Below, in pieces: positions 25,652-36,600 of a stretch of 64,000 nt of DNA; the first letter of the stretch is position 1; each line of letters starts with the position of its first letter. The position numbers were made by a program, and so were the translations under genes. A model generated the notes under the pieces. It had not been told where the DNA came from, did no database searches, and worked only from the letters and a program-made list of their open reading frames with translations. The stretch is from a virus (taxonomy: Duplodnaviria; Caudoviricetes), in the IMG/VR virus record IMGVR_UViG_3300020577_007013. One strand, written 5' to 3'.

Positions 25652-27058
25652 TCATTGGTACTCCTCTGAGAATTCCAATTCCTCAAGCTCTTTGATGTAC
25701 ATTTTTTCAGGAGTTGATTTTTTAAGCTCTTCAATTTTTTCTTCAATCTCTGAAATCTTCTCTTTGAGTTTATCGATTTCTTCTCCAGTGAGATTGTAGA
25801 TCTTGAGAGAGAGAAGCTCATCAATGTAAGTGAATTCTTCTTTGGTAAGAATCTCCACGCATTCTTTCTTTGATTTCTTGGAGAAGAGTTGAGAGTTCGC
25901 TATGTAGTACTTGATGAACCTCATCTTCTCGTTGTGAAATTTGAGATCTTCAGTCAGTTTTTCGATGAGCATTCTTCTTCTCTGCTCGTATTTCTGAAGT
26001 CGAAAGACTATGAAGTAGTAGATGATGTCTTCAGGAGAATCAAAGACTTTGATCTTACCTTCCTCATCCCATAGAGTAAAATTCTCAGTCTCTCTTTTTA
26101 TGAGCTTGAGTTTCTTTAAGAGTTCTTCATGAAAGAGTTGGGTGGTCTCTCTATAAGTCTTTATCGTAAACTTGAGACCATTCTTTTTATTTGAGTCATC
26201 TGTATGGTCTTTAATGAATCCTTTCTCTTCCAACTTATTGAGATGGTCGACGTAGTCGTCTCTGTACATTCCAATCGGAAGTTCAGTAATCTCAATTGTG
26301 GTAGAGTTTATGATCTCATAATTTCCTTCAATTTCGATTTGTCCTTCATCAGTCTTCCGTATCTTACCTTTGAATCCTTTGTACCAAGGAACGAGTTGAT
26401 CTTTCTTTTGTTTTCCACCTTTAAGGAAGTTGAGAATAAAATCACGAATCTCTTCGGGATTGTAAGCCATTGAGTAGGTCGCGTATCCGACTCCCATTCC
26501 TTCACAACCGTTAATGAGAAGTCCTGGAAGAATTGGAACAAAGTAGTCTGGTTCTATCTTAGATTCATTGTCATAGAGATAATTGAGAATTATATCATCG
26601 TCTTTCTTGAAAATCTTTCTGAAATTTTCAGAGAGATAGGTGAAGATGTAACGTCCTGAAGCTGCTTTACCATCATTGAGTCTTGAGCCATAAGATCCAG
26701 AAGGAATGAGTAAATTTAGATTGTTTGAGCCGACATAATCTTGTGCTAATCCGACAACGACTCCTACTAAATTTGCAGCTCCGTGATTGTAAGCTGTCTC
26801 ATAAGCTACTAAGTTAGCGAGTTGTTCTACCTTGATCTCACCAGCATTCTCTCCTCTCTTAATAAGAGTGTGAATAACTTTTCTTTGAGATGGCTTAAAT
26901 CCATCCACCAACAAAGGTATAGATCTGACATTATCATAAATGCTATACTGTTTATAGTCGTTATGAAAAAACTCCGAAACATCTACTTTGTTAGAGAACG
27001 AGTCTGAGATGATTCTCTCATCTTGTCTTTCTGCAGATTCTTTTTTCTTCTTTGCCAT
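25652..27058 (-). CDS. Type II topoisomerase cleavage subunit (T4 gp52/GyrA-like)
   Basis: RSIP..VDGFKPSQRK, YNHG, AASGRYI, ITELPIG. Confidence 0.95.
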   Translation of the reverse strand: MAKKKKESAERQDERIISDSFSNKVDVSEFFHNDYKQYSIYDNVRSIPLLVDGFKPSQRKVIHTLIKRGENAGEIKVEQLANLVAYETAYNHGAANLVGVVVGLAQDYVGSNNLNLLIPSGSYGSRLNDGKAASGRYIFTYLSENFRKIFKKDDDIILNYLYDNESKIEPDYFVPILPGLLINGCEGMGVGYATYSMAYNPEEIRDFILNFLKGGKQKKDQLVPWYKGFKGKIRKTDEGQIEIEGNYEIINSTTIEITELPIGMYRDDYVDHLNKLEEKGFIKDHTDDSNKKNGLKFTIKTYRETTQLFHEELLKKLKLIKRETENFTLWDEEGKIKVFDSPEDIIYYFIVFRLQKYEQRRRMLIEKLTEDLKFHNEKMRFIKYYIANSQLFSKKSKKECVEILTKEEFTYIDELLSLKIYNLTGEEIDKLKEKISEIEEKIEELKKSTPEKMYIKELEELEFSEEYQ

Positions 27059-27067
27059 CTTATTTCC

Positions 27068-28921
27068 TTACTTTATTGATAGCCATTCTTTTCTATCATC
27101 AGCTCTTTTCTTATTGAAAGCGAGATCCACCATTTCTGAGCAATTTTTGTCAGGAACAAATTGTACGAGATGATTCGTTTCCATATTCTTAAAATAGATA
27201 TCGAAGTCTTCTGGAGTCGATGTTCCCAAACCTTTATAGTGCTTGATCGTGAATTTCAGATCTTGATTTTCTTTATTCCATTTTTGATAATCCTTCTCTG
27301 TAAAGAAACAGAGTGTCTCATCTTTGAGAAAGACTTTCACATAAGGAGTTACAAATCTGTACATGATTCCTAAGTCAAAGAGTTCAGGCCAGAAAGTATA
27401 GAACATATTTATGAGCTGTCCAGTTATCGAGAATCCGTCAAGGTCATTGTCGGTAAGAATTATAATCTTCCCATATCGAATTTGACTGACAGACTCAATT
27501 TTATCTCCGACTTGAAGTCCGATAATTGACATGAGATTTTTGAATTCTTCATTCTCTTTTAGGTCTGCAACTGAAGCTCCTCTAACATTGATCGGTTTTC
27601 CTCTCAACGGAAAGACGGCCATTGTTTTAGGATCTCTCACATCTTTCGGATTTCCTGCTGCTGAGTCTCCTTCAACCAAGAAGAGCATACATTCAGCTCT
27701 ATTTTCTGAAGTAGCGTCGCTAAGTTTTACAATCTTCTTGAGATTTTTCTTATCGACTTCCTTACCCATCTTACGAAGTTCTTTTTGAGCGGCTGCAGCT
27801 TCCTTAGCTGCTATCCAATCTAAGATTTCCTGGATGATTTCACTTTTTATGACCTTTTTAATAAATTTTTCAGAAACAGAATATTCAGATCCGAATGAAC
27901 TCTTCTCGGTTATTAAGTATTCCTTAGTCTGAGAAGCATATTTTGGATTTATGATAGTGCAATCTAAGAAAAGTAGAAAGTGATTTTTTATGTCAGAAGG
28001 TTTGACTTCAGTCTTATGTTTTTTCTCTATATAGTCTCTGACTCCGCTAATAATTTGATTCATCACATAGTCAATGTGTGTACCATCTTTAGTTATTGCT
28101 GAATTTACGAAGCTGACATTCTCAAAGCCGTTTTCAGAAACAGTAACCCCTATTTTCCAATTACCCTCTTCCTCATAGATGCATTCTGATTTATATAAAG
28201 AGACATAGTCTTCAAAATCTTTGAGTTTTATTGTGTCTCCATTTAGCTTTACTTTTAAATGGGTGTTCGTTCCAGCTATGTCCACCACTCTTTTGTACAA
28301 TACAAGCCTTGTATCCTCATCAAGCTTTGTTTTGAGTCTGTCATAATCAGGAAGGTAGCTTATTTTAGTATAATTTTTGTCTGAATCTGTAATCTTCGGA
28401 GTCGACTTCTCTGAAAGATTATTAGAGAATGTCTGTCTAAATTTTTTCTCTCCATCACATGTTTCTACTATGAATTCTTTTGAAAAAACATTTGTAAGAG
28501 TTGCTCCTAAACCATGAGTTCCTACAGTTGTTCGTTGTTCGTCATCATTAAAGTTTGATCCGGCTTTTGTCTCACTAAAAATCATTTCAGGAACGTATTG
28601 ATTATGTTCTTTATGAATGACGACAGGAATTCCACCGTTATCCCAAACAGAAATCCAACCGTCGTCACCAATTTCCACCTTAATTTCATCCAGATTTTTA
28701 TTTCTCTTAGACTCATCAACTGAGTTGGAGATAATCTCATCGAATAATTTTAAAAAAGCTGGAGAGTATGTCACATTCTTTTTTTCCATCTTATTCAAGG
28801 ACGGATTATAAATCCAAGTCAAGTCAGTGTGAGCTTCAGTATTTCCAATATACATTCCAGATCTTTTTAAAATATGATCTATATCGGAAAGCTTTTGATA
28901 TTTTTGCTCAATTGTTTTCAT
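27068..28921 (-). CDS. Type II topoisomerase ATPase/TOPRIM subunit (T4 gp39+60/GyrB-like)
   Basis: HILKRSGMYIG, EIISNSVDE, EGDSA, PLRGK, TDNDLDG, YKGLGT. Confidence 0.95.
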   Translation of the reverse strand: MKTIEQKYQKLSDIDHILKRSGMYIGNTEAHTDLTWIYNPSLNKMEKKNVTYSPAFLKLFDEIISNSVDESKRNKNLDEIKVEIGDDGWISVWDNGGIPVVIHKEHNQYVPEMIFSETKAGSNFNDDEQRTTVGTHGLGATLTNVFSKEFIVETCDGEKKFRQTFSNNLSEKSTPKITDSDKNYTKISYLPDYDRLKTKLDEDTRLVLYKRVVDIAGTNTHLKVKLNGDTIKLKDFEDYVSLYKSECIYEEEGNWKIGVTVSENGFENVSFVNSAITKDGTHIDYVMNQIISGVRDYIEKKHKTEVKPSDIKNHFLLFLDCTIINPKYASQTKEYLITEKSSFGSEYSVSEKFIKKVIKSEIIQEILDWIAAKEAAAAQKELRKMGKEVDKKNLKKIVKLSDATSENRAECMLFLVEGDSAAGNPKDVRDPKTMAVFPLRGKPINVRGASVADLKENEEFKNLMSIIGLQVGDKIESVSQIRYGKIIILTDNDLDGFSITGQLINMFYTFWPELFDLGIMYRFVTPYVKVFLKDETLCFFTEKDYQKWNKENQDLKFTIKHYKGLGTSTPEDFDIYFKNMETNHLVQFVPDKNCSEMVDLAFNKKRADDRKEWLSIK

Positions 28922-30149
28922 TGTTCTTGATACCGTCTTCTATTTGAAAATATTTTCTCAGATATTGAGTATAATATTCAAAGTAGAACCCCTCGTAGTT
29001 TTCTTTTGTAATCTCCATAATTCCATTTTTCGAAAAGAATTTGATTATCTTCAAGCAATTCTTATCGAAAGCGTCTGTTGAGCTTATCCTAAGAACTTTA
29101 TATCCGTTCTTTTTAGCTATTTTAAATTTCTCTTTTTCTGAAGGATTTGGATTTTTTGGATCATGCCAGTAGATCCCGTCATATTCGATAATTAATTTTT
29201 TCTCTTCTATTGAGAAATCGTATCTATAAAAATCTTTTTCCTTTCCACCGAAGAGTCTTAGTTCTTTTAATCCCATTGCTCCGAAGTTAATTGTATAGTT
29301 TTCCTTAAGACATTCATAGAGAAATATAAAATATTTAAGAGACTCTTTGGAGGCTTGTCCTTTCCAAAGTCTCATAAGAGACTTATAGTTTCTGATTAGC
29401 TCATCATAATTTTTCGAGACTTCAAAAGCTTTTGTAAGACAATAAAGCCTAAAGACTGTGTAATGTTTTCTTCTTTTGGATCTTTTTCCTATATAAAGAG
29501 AGACTCCCTTTTCGTACCCATACTTGTTAATTTGAAACTTTAGACCTATGGTCGATTGCCTTTCTCTTAATTTTTCTTTCGCTTCTTCTTGAGAGAATCC
29601 TTTTTTAAGCCAATATCCTATTTGAGTTGCAGTCCTATCTTTCCTAGTATTATCGACTCTCTTAGAGAGCTCTGACTGAAATTGAGATCTTAATTTAATT
29701 GAGTCTTCTTCTGAGTGTCCTCTAACTATCCAGTATTCTACATTCAATTTTTTACAAGACCTAGCTTTGAATAAGGCTTCCTCTTGTGTGTAATTGATCC
29801 CTGTCAAAGGATTTATTTTAGCTAGCCAATTGTCTTCTCCGAAAGGAGAATTACGTAAGTAAGAGTCACAATGTTCTTTGGATTTTTTAGAAGCTTGTTC
29901 CTCACCCCAACCTCTAAGTGTCCAATACTTTATTGAATTTTGACTTCTAGATTTTCCAGCTGTACCGATTTTTTCCCTAATCAATTTTGTTAATTGACCG
30001 AATCGAAGTCTAGGATTTGCTTTACAGCAAGTTAAAGAGAAGTCCAAGAGTGACTCTCTCAATTTAGGTTCTAAGTTTTTTATTTTGTAGTCTAAGTATT
30101 CTAGAAGTTCTCTTTCTGAACGGTCTATGACTTTTCCTTTTAAATTCAT
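28908..30149 (-). CDS. Free-standing endonuclease-like protein (YW..RG repeats plus PD-(D/E)xK domain)
   Basis: Repeated YWxxRG/KG units; YDF...IIEYDGIYWH...GYKVLRI. Confidence 0.75.
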   Translation of the reverse strand: MNLKGKVIDRSERELLEYLDYKIKNLEPKLRESLLDFSLTCCKANPRLRFGQLTKLIREKIGTAGKSRSQNSIKYWTLRGWGEEQASKKSKEHCDSYLRNSPFGEDNWLAKINPLTGINYTQEEALFKARSCKKLNVEYWIVRGHSEEDSIKLRSQFQSELSKRVDNTRKDRTATQIGYWLKKGFSQEEAKEKLRERQSTIGLKFQINKYGYEKGVSLYIGKRSKRRKHYTVFRLYCLTKAFEVSKNYDELIRNYKSLMRLWKGQASKESLKYFIFLYECLKENYTINFGAMGLKELRLFGGKEKDFYRYDFSIEEKKLIIEYDGIYWHDPKNPNPSEKEKFKIAKKNGYKVLRISSTDAFDKNCLKIIKFFSKNGIMEITKENYEGFYFEYYTQYLRKYFQIEDGIKNNENN

Positions 30150-30204
30150 ATTGACTAGTTTGAATTTGCATTCAGAGTCCTATCCCATTGCTACCTGACA
30201 AGTT

Positions 30205-30687
30205 TCAGTTCCCCATTTGCTTTTTTAATTTTGAAATTGCTTCGTTCACTTTCTCCATGCTCAGTCCTCTGAACCATCCACCTTCAACATGAACGAAGTT
30301 AGAATCTGGAATAATTCCTTCGACATTTCTTTTATCATCATCGAGAACAAGGTACGGTGGATCTATGTCATATTTTTCGAGGAATTTTTTGATCTCCTTT
30401 CCTCTTGTAGAGAAAGGAATAGTGGGAGTGGAGTAGTAGCTCATTCCTTCTTTATGAAAAGTATATCGACCGAAGATCTTTCTAATTTCTTTAAGAGTAT
30501 AATCTGATTTCCAACAGCGACATGTCATCACAATATCACAAGGAACTTGAGTTAGTAGTTCGTTAAAACTGTCCGCTGACTCTTTATGGAATTTTACGAA
30601 TTCCCATGTGGTATCTTTCCAAGAGTCTTGAGATTTTTGTGTATTTAAGACACCGTCTATGTCTAGAAAAAGTATAGGATATTGCAT
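30205..30687 (-). CDS. HAD-family phosphatase (RNA-repair-associated type)
   Basis: LFLDIDGVLN, RGKEI, YLVLDDD. Confidence 0.8.
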   Translation of the reverse strand: MQYPILFLDIDGVLNTQKSQDSWKDTTWEFVKFHKESADSFNELLTQVPCDIVMTCRCWKSDYTLKEIRKIFGRYTFHKEGMSYYSTPTIPFSTRGKEIKKFLEKYDIDPPYLVLDDDKRNVEGIIPDSNFVHVEGGWFRGLSMEKVNEAISKLKKQMGN

Positions 30688-30739
30688 GTGATTACGTATA
30701 TTATGACTTTCGAAAAACTGTTGAGCTATTTTTAAAGAG

Positions 30740-30771
30740 AGACAGCCGACCGTTTTACTGATCGGCTGTCT
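30740..30771 (-). terminator. Hairpin terminator
   Basis: AGACAGCCGA/TCGGCTGTCT stem after the VWA gene. Confidence 0.65.
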
Positions 30772-30779
30772 ATTGACTT

Positions 30780-32975
30780 TTAGATATCGACTTTCACTTG
30801 ACGAAGATTGAATTCGACAAAGATGTCCTTATTTCCAACTTTTGATTTAAGAACACAATCTTCTCTCGAAGTGAATTCCTTAAACCATTTCTTAGCCATA
30901 ATGACTGAGAATTTTTGACGTTGGAGATCTGAACGAAGTTTGTAAAGTTCAGTCTTGGTTTCTTTGAGTTGCTCTTCCAACCAAGCTTCTTTTACTTTCT
31001 TCGATTTCTCTTTATCGAACTTTTTCTTGTAACCAGCATAGAGTTCTGCCATGATAAGCTCTCTTTCTGTTGGAGCTTTCTTGGCTTCCTCAAGCTTCTT
31101 GACAAGATCTTTGACTGTTGGTTTAGAGAATCCTTTTACAGCAACTTTAAACTCAGTAGCCATGTAGTAATCTGTCGGAGCTGCTGCTTTAGACTCAGGA
31201 GAGTAGAGTCCTTTCTTGATTCCATGTTCTTCAAGAAACTTGACTTGATCTGCTGTCAATGATTCAGACTTTTCTTCTTTGTCTTTCAGACCGTTCAGAA
31301 GATATTTGAATAGTGACTGCTTTTGTTCAAGAGCTGTCTCCTTGTAGACCATATCTGCAATAGGCTTGGCAGAGTCTATCCCTTCTGACATTTTACGATT
31401 TGAAACCGGAATCGATTTAAGTCGCAGAATGAAGATATCTTTCTTCAGTTGAGGACTCTTGAATTTCTCCAGCAACTCTTTAGGAGCCAATTGCTTGAGT
31501 TTCTTCTCAGTCTCTTTACTGACTGACACATAGAGTTCATCTATGTTGGGATATCCGTCCTTGATAAGAGAATAGTTCCGATACACTTTTGTCGGATATT
31601 CTTTTTGGAATCCGAGTTTCTTGAAACCTTCTTTTAATGTGACTGTTCCCGTCAGTTCTGCTCTTACAGACAGATTGAGTTTGGAATCATTCCAAGCCAA
31701 TGAGTTGAAGTAGCATAATTGATTCTGATCTGCCTTGAACTCTGGATATTTCTTATCAATCTCAGTTCCTTTTGAGATCTTGTTGTAAGTCCAACCGTCA
31801 TGACGAGGATAGAAACCAGCGTCATCGTCATTGATAAGGATATCGACCAAGTCAAGGAGACAGAATACATCGTCTTTCGGAACGTAATTCTGAACTTGAC
31901 CTTCTTTGAGACGTTCTGCCGGTGAGAAGAGAGCTTCTCTGATCTCATTCTCTACTCGACCATACTCATCATTTGTTCTTGCATTGTTGAGCTGGTCAAT
32001 GAAATATTTGTCTCCGAGATATCCCAGAACATCGATTGCCTTATCAGCTTTTGTTCTCATTGAGAGAATGTTCGCTGCAGCATAGAGACCTTTGATGAGG
32101 TACTCTTTCTTATTTGTGGATGAGCCTTTTGAAAGGTCACCTACAGAATCGACTTCCTTTGATCCGGCTGGTTTTTTCTCAGTGAGATAGAACAGAACAT
32201 TCTTGTTCTTTTTTGATGGGTTGAAGGTAACTGAGCTACCGTCTACATCATAAGCAATGATGTTCTTTCCTGAGATTGAGAATGGATAGAGAGCTGTCTT
32301 GTCAATCTCTACCTGAATTCTTCCATTTGAGTCTCTCGATGTCTCAACGAATTGAGTGAGAGTCTCATAAGAATTGTTCACATCTCCTAAATGGAGAAAT
32401 GAACCACCAATAGCAGACGACATTTGAGTGAGCAGCTCTCTGTTGTAATAGTTTCCTGATCCAACAAAGGCTGAATAGTAAAGCTTACCTTTCAGCTCGC
32501 CTAAAGCTGTAAAGATAGCCTTTATCTCTTTGTTGTAGTCCATCACACATGGCTGACCGTCAGTAAAGAAGTACAATACGAAATTGTCTTCTTTATAAGA
32601 AGGATCTTTCACCAATGTGTTGATCTTCTGGAGAATTTCTGAGAAGCAGGTTGTTCCCAAAATTCTTTTGTTCTGATCGAGAATGGTTGTGAGAGTCGCT
32701 TTGTTTTTGTCATTGACTTCAAATGCTTTCAACATGAAGTCGCAGTAGCCTTCTCCTGAAAACCATCCGATGGAATTCTTTTCATTTTCTCTTAATGAAA
32801 GAGAAAACTTTTTTACGTCTTCCACTACTGAGTTGATGTAGCCAGACATTGAGCCTGATCTGTCAATCACAGTAATGATGTGAAGTTGTTTGTCGAGTTG
32901 TTTCTCCTGTTCCTTATTTAATTCGACGTCTTTAGAGACGAGATACAGGTCGTCCCTGATCTTTATGTGTTCCAT
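30780..32975 (-). CDS. Large VWA-domain protein
   Basis: VIDRSGSM, GTTCF, FFTDG. Confidence 0.85.
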   Translation of the reverse strand: MEHIKIRDDLYLVSKDVELNKEQEKQLDKQLHIITVIDRSGSMSGYINSVVEDVKKFSLSLRENEKNSIGWFSGEGYCDFMLKAFEVNDKNKATLTTILDQNKRILGTTCFSEILQKINTLVKDPSYKEDNFVLYFFTDGQPCVMDYNKEIKAIFTALGELKGKLYYSAFVGSGNYYNRELLTQMSSAIGGSFLHLGDVNNSYETLTQFVETSRDSNGRIQVEIDKTALYPFSISGKNIIAYDVDGSSVTFNPSKKNKNVLFYLTEKKPAGSKEVDSVGDLSKGSSTNKKEYLIKGLYAAANILSMRTKADKAIDVLGYLGDKYFIDQLNNARTNDEYGRVENEIREALFSPAERLKEGQVQNYVPKDDVFCLLDLVDILINDDDAGFYPRHDGWTYNKISKGTEIDKKYPEFKADQNQLCYFNSLAWNDSKLNLSVRAELTGTVTLKEGFKKLGFQKEYPTKVYRNYSLIKDGYPNIDELYVSVSKETEKKLKQLAPKELLEKFKSPQLKKDIFILRLKSIPVSNRKMSEGIDSAKPIADMVYKETALEQKQSLFKYLLNGLKDKEEKSESLTADQVKFLEEHGIKKGLYSPESKAAAPTDYYMATEFKVAVKGFSKPTVKDLVKKLEEAKKAPTERELIMAELYAGYKKKFDKEKSKKVKEAWLEEQLKETKTELYKLRSDLQRQKFSVIMAKKWFKEFTSREDCVLKSKVGNKDIFVEFNLRQVKVDI

Positions 32976-33066
32976 AGTACCTTCCTTTCTTCAAAAAATC
33001 TTTTAGTCTTTTTAGAATCGGTTTTTACACCAATCCTATTCAATTAGTTTATATTAGTAATGTGGC

Positions 33067-34329
33067 TTATGCCGAGACGAAATCTTCCACAAAGCGATGT
33101 CCTTCCCAAACATTGATTGAAGGCTTTATGAGAGTGACTTTAGTGTATGGAACGTTAGGACCTTGCTCGACAAGCATAGGGTTAAAAATATGTTGAGATT
33201 CCATTATGAGCCATTTGCCCATATACTCTGTTGCGAATTGCTTGTCGACACTGAATTTTCCCTCGACCACAGTTGTGACGAGTCTTCCCGTCACCAATTC
33301 AGGATTGAATGGAACTGTTAAAGTCATCCGATAAGAAGAAGGAGTGTCAATGAATTGTGAGTTCATCCAACCGTTATAGGAAGGAACGTCTTGATTTCCT
33401 TTTATCCCAAACATTCTCATTCGTTGGGGTTTCTTTAAGTCGTTTCTTCTGATAGGAACTCTCAACTTAGACTTTTGAATTCCTCTATCGCTAGAGCTTA
33501 TTGCTTGTGAGTTTAGGGTTTTTGTTGTCTGAGAATTCGAAGCGTCTTGCTCTATTGAATAGAAACTTACATTATAGTTTGGACGATTAAAGTCAGATCC
33601 ACCGAATTGTATTGAGTACTCTTGAACAAATTTCTCTTCACCATAAGAAGCATTGAGAGAATATTCTGCTATAGATTCTCTCTCAAAGAATTTAGCGAAT
33701 GGCCAGAAGTAGAATTCTCCTTTAAGATTGAAGAAGGAAAGAAATGGACTGCTTTTATATTTTGGAGCATAAGCATAGGTTGCCAGCCTTTTGATAAACT
33801 CATGATCACCTATTGAGTCTTGATACCAAAAGTCTTCATTAGCTGTTTTCTCTATGTACTGACTTGTTGTGACTCCATTTGATTTTTTATTGTCATCAGA
33901 AAAATTATACTTAGAGACAAGAGAGGAGACCACTGAATCAATTGTTCCCTTAAAGGATTGACTCTTCATAAAGTCTTGCTTCTTAAAATCAGATTCGAAA
34001 TACCAAAACCAGTTACCTTGAATGGTAGCGGCTCTTTGAATGTCATTTAACTGAGACAGATTCCAAAAGAAGTCATGAGCAATTATTCCTCTATCAGGAT
34101 GACCGAGCTTTCCGGTAATGGTGAGATTTTCGACAAAGTAAGTGATCTCAGTGGCGTCACCTATGATGTCATTAACAACGACCTCCATTGAAGGATAGAA
34201 GTTAGCGATAGAGTCTGAAAGAAAGATTCTCCGAAAGAGAGAGTTCTTGTCCTGACCGTAGACAAAGGATTCGAATTTGTCAGTCTTAGAAGATTCTAAG
34301 GTGAGGAAAAAATCTGAGATTGCTGCCAC
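33067..34329 (-). CDS. Probable baseplate hub/tail protein
   Basis: Beta-rich; C-terminal VPFNPELVTGRLV...YMGKWLIMESQH is typical of hub proteins; ACTAA upstream. Confidence 0.55.
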   Translation of the reverse strand: MAAISDFFLTLESSKTDKFESFVYGQDKNSLFRRIFLSDSIANFYPSMEVVVNDIIGDATEITYFVENLTITGKLGHPDRGIIAHDFFWNLSQLNDIQRAATIQGNWFWYFESDFKKQDFMKSQSFKGTIDSVVSSLVSKYNFSDDNKKSNGVTTSQYIEKTANEDFWYQDSIGDHEFIKRLATYAYAPKYKSSPFLSFFNLKGEFYFWPFAKFFERESIAEYSLNASYGEEKFVQEYSIQFGGSDFNRPNYNVSFYSIEQDASNSQTTKTLNSQAISSSDRGIQKSKLRVPIRRNDLKKPQRMRMFGIKGNQDVPSYNGWMNSQFIDTPSSYRMTLTVPFNPELVTGRLVTTVVEGKFSVDKQFATEYMGKWLIMESQHIFNPMLVEQGPNVPYTKVTLIKPSINVWEGHRFVEDFVSA

Positions 34330-34534
34330 ATAGAGTTAGTTGATTCTCAAATACTGAGAATTTTTCCAGAGTAAATTTGAAATGACTTGATCTTTGTGTA
34401 CTCGTAAAGAACAAAAGAAGTTACTAAAATGGAAACCAAGGTAATCGAAACAAGAAGCCAAATCAGACTTTTGAGTTCTCGATTTTCTCTGATAAGAGCT
34501 TTCTCTCTTTCAGGAAAGACTATCTTGATTTCTT

Positions 34535-35350
34535 TCAAACAGTGTATCCCATACCAATAAGTTTCAATTTGAGAAGTTCTCTCATTTTTGTCTTTAAGGT
34601 AGATGGGGATTTCACAACGGCAAGCTTTTTCTGACCGTCATAGATTGTATATTCTCGTTTGATAATTTTCACGAAATCGATTTTGCTGACTTTGGTTTCT
34701 AAAGGACGTCTTCCAGTAGAGTATGTATAAATTGATGAGCGATGTTCCCAATCTCCGCCGATCTTTTCTCCGAGTCTCTTTATCTCGTCAATCTTCTTAG
34801 ACTCAATCGAGTATTCTATAAAGCACTTTGATTTCAGAGTCGCAATCTGTTTATGCTCCCCATCTTCGGCTTTGAGAATTGACTCATTGTTGATAAGTCT
34901 TTCAGGCTCTATCAAATAATCAGGAATCCAAGATCCAGGAACATATTCTTCAAATCTTCCGTATCGGTTATGGTAGTCTTCCTTAATCTGAATAGAGTCT
35001 TTCTTTTTTCTGGATTCGAACTCGATATTATTGCAGTCTTGAAGTTTGGCGAAGAACCTTATCTTTTTCTCTTTTCCTTCCGACTTGATAATGAAGGTCA
35101 CAGATGAGTAGTCAGAAGCTCCTTTACGAATATAGATTCGATCTATAGAGAGAACGGTTCCCTTAGGAATTATAATCTCACCGATTCCTTTTCCGTAGTC
35201 ATCTCCATGCCAAATTGTTTTCTCTCCCTTTATTTTTTCTGGAAGAAACTTTTTTATGAGATGTTCATTTCGATATTCTTTAGTGACAATAAATTTCCAA
35301 TCTTTTGAGAGAACAATCTCGTCACCAATTTCAGGTATATAGAATTTCAT
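34535..35350 (-). CDS. Conserved phage hypothetical protein
   Basis: FYIPEIGD..L..DW.F, IPKGTVLSIDRIYIRKG. Confidence 0.7.
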   Translation of the reverse strand: MKFYIPEIGDEIVLSKDWKFIVTKEYRNEHLIKKFLPEKIKGEKTIWHGDDYGKGIGEIIIPKGTVLSIDRIYIRKGASDYSSVTFIIKSEGKEKKIRFFAKLQDCNNIEFESRKKKDSIQIKEDYHNRYGRFEEYVPGSWIPDYLIEPERLINNESILKAEDGEHKQIATLKSKCFIEYSIESKKIDEIKRLGEKIGGDWEHRSSIYTYSTGRRPLETKVSKIDFVKIIKREYTIYDGQKKLAVVKSPSTLKTKMRELLKLKLIGMGYTV

Positions 35351-35567
35351 GCTACGTACAACTCCTTAATGATAGTTGGATGAACCTCACTAATCATTCT
35401 CTTCAAATATTCTTCAGCTGTAGAGAGATTATCGGCTCTCCATTTCCAATTCCAAGTCTTAAAGAAGACTCCTTCTCTTCGTTCACAGTAGTAGAACCAC
35501 TTAAGATTTTCGTAGTCGAATCTACGGACAATCCTAAAGTTGGCTTTATGTTTCTCGAGATCGACCA

Positions 35568-35789
35568 TTACTTCTTGGGCTTTGAACCGATGAGAGTAAT
35601 TGAGCCAGAGACTTGATAGGTTTTTCCTGACTCAGGATTTGTGATCTTACCTGAAACGTAGAAGCCCTTTGAGCCTGTTGAGAACTCTTTAGCAGGAGCT
35701 GGGAGTTCCATCCAAGACGTTCCGTTCGTATCTTCGAATTTCACTCTCAACATTGTTGGTGATTTGTCATCTTTTGTTGGTTCTGACAT
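35568..35789 (-). CDS. Small conserved hypothetical protein
   Basis: KEFSTGSKGFYVSGK...LIGSK. Confidence 0.65.
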   Translation of the reverse strand: MSEPTKDDKSPTMLRVKFEDTNGTSWMELPAPAKEFSTGSKGFYVSGKITNPESGKTYQVSGSITLIGSKPKK

Positions 35790-35790
35790 T

Positions 35791-36534
35791 TTATTTTCCT
35801 TCTATAAGTTTTGTTGAAGAGAGATTTTTAATGGCAATCTTCTTGGCTTCTTCAAGCATTTGTTTTGTGGTCTCATTTTGCTCAAGAGTCTTACGCTTGA
35901 ATGAAGTGGAGATTCTCGATTTTGAAGAATTGGTCTTCTGAATCTCAATTTGTAAGAGTCTGTATTTCTCATATAGACCGTTCATTTGAGCTCTCAGTTC
36001 CACACATTTTGTGAAAGACTTTAGTGACGTCATTTCAGAGTACGGAACAATAAAACTCAATTTCATTTGAGACTGAGATGTTCTAGCTTTTTCTCTCTTA
36101 GGAACTAAGTAAGAGTCCATATTAAGAACTTCAAGTCTATAACTTGGAGGAGTTATTTCATCATGAAGCATAGTTCCAGGAATATGACCTTTCAGCTTGA
36201 CACAAGCTTTGACTCCGTCAGAGTTGAAGATGTCTTCATGATGAGGATTTGTCTCAAGATCTATTGCAGCTTCACCGGAGATTCCTAAAGGCTTGAGAAT
36301 CTTTTCATTGAAAGACTCTTTGAGATCTTTATACTTCTCATTAAGGAAAGATGGAATTTCCTCAATTGCTTCTTGAGTGATTGACTTGATTTCCGATTCC
36401 TTCTCATTGATCTCTTCATTGATAGCTCTTGCTTGATCTTCAAGATCATGGATAATTTCAGAGACGACTACTTCAGCCACATCCTCATGATTCTTTAGCA
36501 CCTTCTTTGGAATTGCTCTTTCAATTTGATTCAT
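35791..36534 (-). CDS. Coiled-coil hypothetical protein
   Basis: 247 aa; SD present. Confidence 0.7.
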   Translation of the reverse strand: MNQIERAIPKKVLKNHEDVAEVVVSEIIHDLEDQARAINEEINEKESEIKSITQEAIEEIPSFLNEKYKDLKESFNEKILKPLGISGEAAIDLETNPHHEDIFNSDGVKACVKLKGHIPGTMLHDEITPPSYRLEVLNMDSYLVPKREKARTSQSQMKLSFIVPYSEMTSLKSFTKCVELRAQMNGLYEKYRLLQIEIQKTNSSKSRISTSFKRKTLEQNETTKQMLEEAKKIAIKNLSSTKLIEGK

Positions 36535-36600
36535 AATGTTCCTTCCTTAAATTTACTTGAATAACTATATTATGCTCTTCGAAAGAAGACCCACTTTATT

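Noticed and set aside
25652-28921. Intein or intron in the topoisomerase genes
   Set aside because: Lengths and motif spacing are normal; the neighbouring endonuclease is free-standing.
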